From positions 1-8,505 of the forward strand of contig JADGIF010000444.1 of the NCBI GenBank assembly GCA_018985225.1: 8,505 nt of DNA, in the 5' to 3' direction. Below are positions 1 through 7,703 of this stretch, piece after piece (within the stretch, counting starts at the first letter, position 1; every line of letters begins with the position of its first letter). This DNA comes from Amoeboradix gromovi X-113 (Eukaryota; Fungi; Sanchytriomycota). The notes beneath the pieces were generated by a model, which was given only the letters and a program-made list of their open reading frames with translations, searched no databases and was not told the origin of the DNA. Position numbers and translations under genes: made by a program.

Positions 1-519
1 CACCAAGACCATAGAGATATCAATCCGAGTACTTCAAAATAATGTAGGCAAGAACATGCTCAAATGCTATCTCCCCAAGTTGTCTACACTTGAGAAGTGT
101 GGGGTTTGAAATCTTCATGATTTTCGAATTCTTCACATTTAACGTAGGCGTTCCAGTATCAAGAAAAGAAGAGCATCTATATAAAAGATGACATGAGCTC
201 TCTATAAATGGTTTATTCAATAAAACTTATCTACTGCAATCATTATAACATACCACTTTTTATCGTGCCCTTGCACTTTGCCTGTCATGCTATTTTTATT
301 TGCAACCAATATCTTTCCTAAAAACCCTACTTATTATATATAATCCATTTTATTTGAGTTGCTGGCGTCAGCTATGATTTCAGATTCTATGCAAAGGTCT
401 AATAATCGTAGTGAATGGTAGCTTTGAGTACTTTTTTGATGCGGTTTGTACATCTGATAACTCTTGTCTTTTTCTTTTTTCTCATCTGCTCTTACCCCCC
501 AATCTACTTTTCATACAGC

Positions 520-990
520 ATGTCGCTTATGTCCGAATTTGAAGAAATTGAACAAGTTCAACGTCAGCTTGGGGTAGCAATGGCACAACTTTCTACCACA
601 TTAAAACATTTTGAGGTCGTTTATGGTAGCATAGGAAAGCTTCATATAATGAAACGACAAATGTACATCGACATGGAACTGCTTAATGAAGAAAAAGAAC
701 AGATGGAAAAAGAGCGGCTGGAATTCATGAAGGAAAGAGATGAACTGTTGCAGTTGAAAAAAGAGGTACAAGGACTTCAGATAGAAAAAACAGCGGATTC
801 TTTGCTGGTATTGTTGAAGTCGAAAAACAATAGCCAAGAAAAATTAGTTGCCCCTGATGAATCCGAAGCATCTTCAGACTTATCCGATGAGCATTCTCTC
901 AATTCAAACATAAGTGCTAACACATATTCCCAAGTCGGCATTAATTTTGGGTTGTCCCTTTTCAACTCGGCCAAAAACCTAATGAAATAA
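520..990 (+). CDS. Hypothetical coiled-coil protein (about 156 aa)
   Basis: Lies within ORF 415-990. The first 35 codons are a pyrimidine-rich, UTR-like tract, so ATG 520 (or 529) is the likelier start. E/K/Q/L-rich helical segment (ELLNEEKEQMEKERLEFMKERDELLQLKKEVQGLQ) followed by a Ser-rich tail. AATAAA (989-994) overlaps the TAA stop. Confidence 0.75.
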   Translation: MSLMSEFEEIEQVQRQLGVAMAQLSTTLKHFEVVYGSIGKLHIMKRQMYIDMELLNEEKEQMEKERLEFMKERDELLQLKKEVQGLQIEKTADSLLVLLKSKNNSQEKLVAPDESEASSDLSDEHSLNSNISANTYSQVGINFGLSLFNSAKNLMK

Positions 991-1003
991 TAAATTTATA
1001 CTT

Positions 1004-1246
1004 TTATTGAAACCGTAAAGTTCTTCCTTTCTTTGTACATGCCAGAGTATTCAATTTTGGCATCTTGACCCATCTGTGATTAAAGCATGTCAACCATTCT
1101 CCGCTTTCTAAGCAATATCCTAATCCTGAGCTACAGTACGCTCGCATATCAACGCTCTCAACATTTTGATCTTTTTGTGGATATTCGTCAATTTTCCTAT
1201 GCAGTACCTTAACGAATAACCCCGTCACCAGAACACTCATCAACAT
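1004..1246 (-). CDS. Small, probably secreted Cys-rich protein (80 aa) with a CBM19-like chitin-binding module
   Basis: ATG at 1246 gives a hydrophobic N-terminus (MLMSVLVTGLFV). The C-terminal CSSGLGYCLESGEWLTCFNHRWVKMPKLNTLAC resembles the fungal CBM19 pattern C..G...C...G....C....WV.M......C, with one Cys missing. The stop is embedded in AATAAA (1008-1003). Domain call is by eye. Confidence 0.6.
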   Translation of the reverse strand: MLMSVLVTGLFVKVLHRKIDEYPQKDQNVESVDMRAYCSSGLGYCLESGEWLTCFNHRWVKMPKLNTLACTKKGRTLRFQ

Positions 1247-1596
1247 CCTACTCAAAAGATTCCAGTTTGAGATTTTAAGTGATTAATTTTTATCTGATTG
1301 GACGACAAAATTAACTATTATTTCCAAGCATGCTACTTTTAACTATTGAGCTAGGCACTTTCCTTTGTTGTTAGAATAGTCCATGAATCTCTTTCAAAAC
1401 AATCTCTTTGCACAGTTACTGTTTCATATTCCGGTAGGTATGAAATCTCAAGACAGCGTAGAACATGTAACTTAATGTATACATCCATAATCAGTCCTAC
1501 CTCAGGGCTATTGTGGCGTCTCTAACTTGCGGAAACATTTGATTTTCTCAGGAATCAGAACTTTTGATAAGAATTTTGCATAATGAAGAATAAAAT

Positions 1597-3183
1597 TTAT
1601 TTACTTAACAACTTCTCATAAATCTGTAATTCAATCAAGTTATCCTCCATGTCTTCCTTTACTCTCTCTTGGAATGAATCCTTTAATGCATAAACTATAT
1701 TCCCAACCTTATCCAACATTTCTAATCTCTCTCCAATACTAGATGCTGATTTAGCTTCGTTAACCATTACTTGCTCATTAAATCTAGCATGCACACCACT
1801 TAATAGTTCCTGCACTGGAATATCTTCACCAGTCATGTTTTCAATTAATCCGATCAAATCCACGTAGTTCTTTTCCATTTCGTTCCCTACCTGTTTGACA
1901 TGATCAAAATCATGGAGTTTGTTATTTAGCTCAGATCTAGTCTTATCGATGGCTGACAATATCTTGTCCACTGATTTTTGCTCCAAACTGCCCATATCCA
2001 ACTTTGAGTCTTTTAACTTTGATTTCAAATCGACAATCTTTGCCATTATTAAAGGCTTGAGATCATTTGAGCTTAATTTGTTACCATCAAGCACGTATTT
2101 ACCCATCAATTCTTTGATCTCGTCCTGCTGTTTATCCAAGTCTGTTTTGCTAAAGTTTCTGAAGTTCTTGGTAGTTTCCATGATTGATTCTGCAATTTCA
2201 TCAAAATTAACAAAATATTCATCCGCAAGTTCCTGAACATTTACTGCTTGAACTTTTGTCTTTATAACAACAAAATCATTAGAAGTAGGACTGGTACTGT
2301 CTTGTCCAAACGGTTTGTTATGGATTCCAATTAGTTTGGTTAGGTGATCGATAGACTTCTTGAAGGATTTCGTTTTGTACAAAATTGTGTTTTTTGGTTC
2401 ATATTTGAAGCATTCCTTGATGTGGTTTTCAATCAAATTAAATAGAATATTCCTACCTTGGAGCATGTCAGCGATTAAGGGAAAGCCTTTTTCACGTGCT
2501 AATTGAGCAGGGGTTTGGGATAACGAATTTATTATTGTGGGATCCGCGCCGTTTTTAATCAAAAACCTAACAAAAGGAATTTTGCCTTTCCCACTGACAG
2601 CATGAAGAATGGTATCACCTTGCTCGAACTTAACATCAACAAATGTACCAATTTTAATGACTGAGCTTCGCTTGGTTTTGGTGTTTATGTCTACTCCATG
2701 ATCCAAGTAAAGTTTTAGAATATCTATAGACTTGTATGAGACATAATGTAGAGGAAGTACACCCCACGAGTTGAATTTGAACAGTAATTCCGGGGCCTTT
2801 TCAACAACAAACTTAGCAATATGTTGACGAGGTTTACTGCTCAGTCCTAGTTCATGCAGCACGTTGTTTTCGTTTCTATCTATGCAGTCCAATTTAGCAC
2901 CGTGCTCTAAAAGCAGATTAAAAATGACATCGTGTTCCTGCCAGATGGCATAAAGCAGAGATGTGCGAGATCCCTCTGTAGTAGTGGATTGATTGGGATC
3001 AGAACCACGGGACAATAAGAGCTGTACTATTTTTAATGCACCAGCCTTGGTTGCTTCCATTAGTGGAAAAGTCTGATCTCCCAGGGTGATATTGGCATAT
3101 CCTGGGTATTCATCTAGAGTTTCTAACACTTTTTCGTAATTCAACTCTCGGATGTAACGCATGAAGTCTTCTTGGGAAATCAT
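1597..3183 (-). CDS. Ankyrin-repeat protein (528 aa) with a C-terminal helical/coiled-coil region
   Basis: Long ORF. The N-terminal ~245 aa has about 6 ankyrin repeats (e.g. FPLMEATKAGALKIVQLLLSRGSDPN, TSLLYAIWQEHDVIFNLLLEHGAKLD, GDTILHAVSGKGKIPFVRFLIKNGADPT). The C-terminal half is charged and helical. The stop lies inside AATAAA (1601-1596). Confidence 0.95.
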   Translation of the reverse strand: MISQEDFMRYIRELNYEKVLETLDEYPGYANITLGDQTFPLMEATKAGALKIVQLLLSRGSDPNQSTTTEGSRTSLLYAIWQEHDVIFNLLLEHGAKLDCIDRNENNVLHELGLSSKPRQHIAKFVVEKAPELLFKFNSWGVLPLHYVSYKSIDILKLYLDHGVDINTKTKRSSVIKIGTFVDVKFEQGDTILHAVSGKGKIPFVRFLIKNGADPTIINSLSQTPAQLAREKGFPLIADMLQGRNILFNLIENHIKECFKYEPKNTILYKTKSFKKSIDHLTKLIGIHNKPFGQDSTSPTSNDFVVIKTKVQAVNVQELADEYFVNFDEIAESIMETTKNFRNFSKTDLDKQQDEIKELMGKYVLDGNKLSSNDLKPLIMAKIVDLKSKLKDSKLDMGSLEQKSVDKILSAIDKTRSELNNKLHDFDHVKQVGNEMEKNYVDLIGLIENMTGEDIPVQELLSGVHARFNEQVMVNEAKSASSIGERLEMLDKVGNIVYALKDSFQERVKEDMEDNLIELQIYEKLLSK

Positions 3184-3681
3184 ATTGAGTTTTGTTTCAC
3201 TTGGGATGGCGGCTTTGAAAAATTGTTTGGCTACGTCGTAAAATGGATTGAAGTGTATACTAGGGCAAGAATTACAATTTTGACAATATGCTCATGTTAA
3301 GCTATAATGAGTAAGTCGTGTCTAGTATCCGTCATTTGAACTCTTCGTGCTCTAACAGAGAGATTATATTTTGGTTTATTTTCACTAATCTTAACTTCTC
3401 TAGATTAGACGCTTGTACCTGTATGAGAAGATGGACTTTTGATGAACTATCAAAGCAAACAGATAGAGCCAGCTTATCATCTGCTAGAATACGAAGTCCC
3501 ACTAAAGAAAGTAGATAGAATTCTAGCGCACCACGTGCGTTTACCAGTACTCTTCTCCATTTTAATAGTCTTGGTTTTTAGAAAGTAAATAATTCTAAAA
3601 AGGAACTTACAGAGCCATCCCACTCGATACAGCCGTTGCTTATGCTTTTACTATTATGAGGCTGGATTGAATTGGTGGCAC

Positions 3682-4258
3682 TTATATCAAGCGTGTGTTT
3701 CTTGCTGCCATATGGTCTCTATCTACTTGTAAATGACTACATCCGATATCTTTAATAATTCTGGTGCCTTGAAGTCTATAAAAAAAGCTCCGTCTAGTCG
3801 CTAATTTCCTCTTTTTATTTACTGTGCGAGGCCGTCGCATATAATATGATCTCTTTTGAGGAATTACAGAGTACTAAACGACACTTGAATGTCTTGCAAG
3901 TTGTGAAGGAATCTATTTGTTGACACCGGGGTTCATCTGATAGCCTTTGTAGAAGGGAATTCCATACCGCTTGTTTATGACTTAAGATTGACATCTTTAT
4001 TATGGTGATTTGAAGACCCTTGCCGTAGATGAAAAGATTAGTTATCGACTTTGTATACAATTCGAAAAGTGAAAGATGATAGCCTATTTGAGTGACAGAA
4101 CTCTTCTTATAACGATATAAAATTTATCGACTTAAAATCTAAAACTGTTACGTTATCTAGCGCTTTTCAGCAAGTTGGTATCTCAAATGCTTTAATAAAG
4201 ATCGGACTCATAGCGCTACTCTTAACAAACACAATCGAAGCTGACTTGGGGAATTTAA
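3682..4258 (-). pseudogene. Decayed C-terminal half of a Fanzor (eukaryotic TnpB-family, Fanzor1-like) RNA-guided nuclease gene
   Basis: Manual minus-strand translation gives motifs in the expected order: LLKHLRYQLAEKR*IT*QF*ILSR*ILYRYKK (from 4198); LFIYGKG (4036-4016); YKGYQMNPGVNK*IPSQLARHSSVV (about 3951-3877); LVLCNSSKE (3877-3851, shifted frame); basic linker MRRPRTVNKKRK; YRLQGTRIIKDIGCSHLQVDRDHMAARNTRLI* (3780-3682). The last matches the TnpB/Fanzor Zn-finger plus RuvC-III signature C...DRD.NAARNI. There are multiple stops and frameshifts, and no RuvC-I motif was found. Confidence 0.75.
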
Positions 4259-4295
4259 GACTCTCACAAGATATATCGTTTATTTAGTTACAAGT

Positions 4296-4320
4296 GGGAC
4301 ATCAAATATAAAAACTAGAC
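4296..4320 (+). repeat. Left terminal inverted repeat core
   Basis: 25-nt motif, 23/25 identical to the reverse complement of 4713-4737 and 24/25 identical to 8306-8330. Confidence 0.9.
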
Positions 4321-4408
4321 TTTCTTTCTGGAATAGTTTGAATCATTATATCAAGCGTGTATTAACCGATAGTAAATTAAATTAATCTGTTCAAGTAAAT
4401 TATTTTAG

Positions 4409-4416
4409 TATAAAAG
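4409..4416 (+). promoter_or_regulatory. Candidate TATA box (TATAAAAG) inside the element's left end
   Basis: About 30 nt upstream of ATG 4445. The same AGTATAAAAG occurs at a comparable position in the second copy (8401-8410). Confidence 0.45.
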
Positions 4417-4444
4417 CTTTTCTTCCATCAAAATCTTAGAAAGA

Positions 4445-4537
4445 ATGATTAATAAGAAGAACAGAAAACAAAAAATAAGTTATACGAAAGGTGGTAAGAA
4501 GAAAAAGAAAGTGGAACAGATAAAGAGTACCTTCTAA
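4445..4537 (+). pseudogene. Truncated Lys-rich, NLS-like N-terminus of the element's original protein
   Basis: MINKKNRKQKISYTKGGKKKKKVEQIKSTF*, continuing in frame as DNAPFAYTLKDLI*. Lies directly after the TATA motif. Identity (Fanzor or transposase N-terminus) is not determinable by eye. Confidence 0.4.
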
Positions 4538-4712
4538 GATAATGCACCTTTTGCTTATACACTCAAAGACCTTATTTGAAAGAGATAGTGGGTCATCTTG
4601 TTTTATTTTAAAGAGAGGAATGGCATTAATGAAAGAAGATTGGTTTGAAAGAAGGGTTTTTATTAATAATAGTATTTCCTCCTTGTGGAGCGCCTCCTTT
4701 AAAGACGACTTG

Positions 4713-4737
4713 GTCTAGCTTTTATATTTGGTGTCCC
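4713..4737 (-). repeat. Right terminal inverted repeat core
   Basis: Reverse complement matches 4296-4320 (23/25). Extended to 4710 it matches 8306-8333 at 25/28. Confidence 0.9.
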
Positions 4738-5279
4738 GGATCTCAAAAAGATAGATCCACTCAGCCAGTAACACCCCATGTTTTGTCTTCTACGCTCAAG
4801 AGAGGACTTCTTGCGAGTGCTTTCCCTTTTTGGATAGTCGAGTCTTTCACCGCTAATAACTACACTCCTTATCAATCGAAGCCTGTAGCACGTATTCACA
4901 TCTCTGTACACGACCACATCAAAGTAGGTACACTAGCATCACCTTGCACCACTGCAAATGCTGAACATCCTTGTACTTGGACTGAATACATTTCTCAGCT
5001 GCTACTCGGTTTACCAGTTTAAAGGTTGTTTGAGTTATAATCAAATATCAGGAAGTAGTCCCTTATCTCCATGACCTTTATCTCCAAAGACTAAAAATTA
5101 CATTAATTTCTGGGCCTTTTAATTCTAAAGCACCTGTTCCTAACAGTAAGTCTTAAAGCTTGGAATACAAAAATTTCTTTCTTTTTAGGCAGGATATGAA
5201 AGCCTTCTGAAGAAAACAAGAAATAACAGAAGAGACTAATTGTAATCTTTTGCAAAAGATTGTTTTTATTTTGAACGAC

Positions 5280-6098
5280 TCAGGTGATGAAAACGCACGC
5301 AGCCAATGTAATCGATAGCAATAACTGTGATACAGTAAACGCTAAAAGAGCTCCATTTCTGTGTTGCTTTGAATGCACAAGCCTTTGTGCCGAATGTTGG
5401 CAATTATAATAGTCATTACAGTCAGCTGTCTCCAATTCACAACTACATGCTTGTACTGCAGCGTGAAAATAAGGATCAGAAACTGTTCCTGAATACGGTT
5501 CTACATTCATGGATCGTGTACTTCCATCTGAGTTTTTACATGTAAAATCACGAGGATAACAGGTAGACTTTAACTCTTTTCTGTGGGTCTTGACGTAACC
5601 ATTTTCTGTAAACGCAACGATTCCACTACTCGCCAAAAGAGCAACTAGGACTATAATTACTTGATTCATAACCGCTCTGACAGAACACGCATCGTACTTG
5701 AATGCTTTCCTAGCCACTTTGTCTGATGCTGGACAATACTGATCCTGTTGATCTGGATTTTTCAAGAAGGGTTTTGCAGCACAAGCGTCAATCTGAGGAG
5801 GAAGACCAGTAGTAAGCATACCTAACGCCTCGTTTTCATCGTCTGGGACAACAACATATCCCTCTGGTAAACCTGCATCTCCAGATAATACGTCACTTGG
5901 CTTTTGAATCTGCTGTGGAAGGTCTTTCAAGACTGTCTGATCTTTGGGTGACAATACTCTAGTGTCAAGACACCCTGGTTCAGCAAGCTTATAACAACCA
6001 GCAATCTCTTCTGGACCATATGCGCCAATAGCATACTTAACAAGATCGAATAAATCTCTTGGAGTAACCGCAATCATCAATGACAGGAACACAATCAT
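5280..6098 (-). CDS. Cys-rich membrane/surface protein of unknown family (272 aa)
   Basis: Intact ORF with a short signal-like N-terminus (MIVFLSLMIA), many Cys, an internal hydrophobic helix (VIIVLVALLASSGIVAF) and a C-terminal hydrophobic helix (ALLAFTVSQLLLSITLAACVFIT). AATAAA lies 9 nt after the TGA (5270-5265). A paralogue relic lies upstream. Confidence 0.9.
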   Translation of the reverse strand: MIVFLSLMIAVTPRDLFDLVKYAIGAYGPEEIAGCYKLAEPGCLDTRVLSPKDQTVLKDLPQQIQKPSDVLSGDAGLPEGYVVVPDDENEALGMLTTGLPPQIDACAAKPFLKNPDQQDQYCPASDKVARKAFKYDACSVRAVMNQVIIVLVALLASSGIVAFTENGYVKTHRKELKSTCYPRDFTCKNSDGSTRSMNVEPYSGTVSDPYFHAAVQACSCELETADCNDYYNCQHSAQRLVHSKQHRNGALLAFTVSQLLLSITLAACVFIT

Positions 6099-6694
6099 GG
6101 CGATTTGGGACCAAAAACTGTTTTATTCCTAGAAGGGGTATCACAAGGCTCTTTATTGAAATGTTATGGTGCAATATGTTGGACCTTGCAACCCCAACTA
6201 CAAGTCGGGAATACTTATGCAGCACTGTCTCATAGTAGTCCATGAAGCGCTTTACCGCCAACTAGGTCTTGCATGCGTTATGAAATAGCTATGTACCATA
6301 TTTTGTGTTATGGCACTGTGATTACGGTATAATACTTTGATAAAGCGTTTTGCTTAAGAAGTTGTTGATCATCAGTCTATAGCTATTATTAGATGTCTAC
6401 TGATATGCTTCTTTCAACCTTTTCAGAGTCATAAAACTTGTTAAGGCAAATGTAATCCTTTCTTTACGGATATCTCCTTGGCGCGATAATGTCTATCGTT
6501 TCAACAAGTTGGGTCACTCTCCTCCTTTAGAATTCAAGTAGAACTCGATATTCATTCAAACAGCGCTTGAAGCTCAAGTGCAAAGCAGTATGATGTTATT
6601 GCCTGAACTTAATGAAACATTAACCCGTTGTTTTATCGCAAAATGAGGACATGAGAATATAACACAAATGCTTGTCAATAATTTATTTTTGTCC

Positions 6695-7473
6695 TCAGTT
6701 AGATCTGGCATAGCAAAAAGTTAATGTAGAGAAAACAATAAGCATTGGAAAAGCAAACATCAATGCCGCAAGATGCCGGCTTTCATATTTCGGATTCACT
6801 ATCGCTGTTTCGCAATCATCTGGAATGTCGCCCATTATACAACTACCATCAGCTGGCTTATTTTATATTCGTAATTATCCACATCTTTCAGAGTTCCAGA
6901 TAAATCAGCACACAAATGATTAGTACTAACATCTCTATTGCTATGTACAACTCCTTCCCCTAGTTTCCTTTATGCCTAAGGTGCCATAGATTATAGAAGA
7001 GTGTAAAGCAAATAATACCGGAATTATTTCCATCAAAGGTCTTTTGGCTAAGCAATTATTGCTATCTGTTCTTTTTAGACTCGCTATGGCGAGTCACATC
7101 GCCACTGGCCTCTTTTAATGCCCATTTTAATCCACAAAAATCTCTCGAGGGATTAGTAGGAGTTAGTAGAGCTTCAACTGTATTGAAATTTTCCATCAAT
7201 TTCACTTATTCCCTTAATTAAGAGTCTCTATCTGACTGTGGATCTGATGTACTACGCAGACTATATTACAGTGCATTTTTAAGGTATTAAACTTTCTCTA
7301 GAAAATCAAGAGGCAATTCGCTCGTATATACACAGTCCTCTGCTGGATTCCTGTTACATTGAGCAATTCTGTCTGGGCCCACTATCTTAATAACAGTATC
7401 CACAAACTTCTCTAAACTATCATGGCCTTGAAGATCCCCCATTGCAAAGAGCATCACACAGCAATGCAATCAT
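6695..7473 (-). pseudogene. Disrupted tandem paralogue of the 5280-6098 Cys-rich membrane protein
   Basis: Runs from ATG 7473 (MIALLC..) to TGA 6697-6695, followed by AATAAA (6687-6682). Collinear similarity to the intact gene: VGPDRIAQCNRNPAEDCVYTSEL vs YGPEEIAGCYKLAEPGCLDTRVL; LLTPTNPSRDFCGLKWALK vs MLTTGLPPQIDACAAKPFLK; CLAKRPLMEIIPVLFALHSS vs CSVRAVMNQVIIVLVALLASS; RHLAALMFAFPMLIVFSTLTFC vs RNGALLAFTVSQLLLSITLAAC. Four in-frame TAA stops (7289, 7268, 7220, 7208) and about 4 frameshifts. Confidence 0.85.
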
Positions 7474-7658
7474 GATCGACGACTGTAGTAGGTGACTCTA
7501 CGTTTTACAATTATGGCGCGACATATTGCGCAATAAAGTCCCGTGTTATGTTCTTGTAAAGTTTTTAAGCGTTTCCTGCGAATACGAGGTAATTGTTCAC
7601 TTGGCGCAGTGTGTGATTGCATGGATTTCTTGATATCTTTTGTAACATCTGACTTCAT
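7470..7658 (-). CDS. Possible small basic protein (62 aa, one CxxC)
   Basis: ATG-initiated ORF divergent from the 7704 gene. Its TGA overlaps the ATG of the pseudogene (ATGA). No recognisable domain; may be spurious. Confidence 0.2.
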   Translation of the reverse strand: MKSDVTKDIKKSMQSHTAPSEQLPRIRRKRLKTLQEHNTGLYCAICRAIIVKRRVTYYSRRS

Positions 7659-7703
7659 TTGGTGTTAAAAGTTCGAAAACATATTTCAGATTCTTGGCCA
7701 TAA

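Larger units (their letters stand above)
4291..4742 (+). mobile_element. Non-autonomous TIR DNA transposon (about 452 bp; Tc1/mariner-like TA|CA.. left terminus)
   Basis: GGGACATCAAATATAAAAACTAGAC (4296-4320) matches the reverse complement of 4713-4737 (GGGACACCAAATATAAAAGCTAGAC) at 23/25. The left end reads TA|CAAGTGGGAC. The right end is degenerate (flank TC rather than TA). A third copy of the terminus at 8301 supports the boundary. Confidence 0.75.

Noticed and set aside
20-288. Minus-strand ORF 20-220 and short upstream ATG ORF
   Set aside because: TTG start, no recognisable domain, and no clean splice joining the pieces. Could be a decayed fragment but this is unsupported.
601-2236. 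ORFs 601-837, 777-974 and 1919-2236
   Set aside because: Antisense shadows of better-supported genes.
3260-3275. Possible 16-nt minus-strand intron (GTAATTCTTGCCCTAG) that would join ATG 3295 in frame and add 32 aa to the ankyrin protein
   Set aside because: There is no internal branch-point adenine and no other gene here needs a tiny intron. GT..AG pairs arise easily by chance. Only spliced RNA reads could rescue it.
3308-3590. Short open frames on both strands, some joinable by 15-22 nt GT..AG gaps
   Set aside because: The models are mutually incompatible, with no homology and no independent support.
3815-4060. 81-aa minus-strand ORF as an independent gene
   Set aside because: TTG start, and better explained as one frame of the frameshifted Fanzor relic.
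4645-5022. ORFs 4645-5022 (+) and 4699-4917 (-), including as the missing Fanzor N-terminal half
   Set aside because: Non-ATG starts, both cross the TIR boundary, and no RuvC-I (D-P/L-G) or other motif was seen in the minus-strand frames.
6230-6652. Minus-strand frame of about 140 codons interrupted only by TAA/TAG, suggesting TAR=Gln recoding
   Set aside because: The intact genes contain no in-frame TAR over more than 1000 codons and several end in TAA. A TGA-free run of this length is plausible by chance, and the peptide is unrecognisable.
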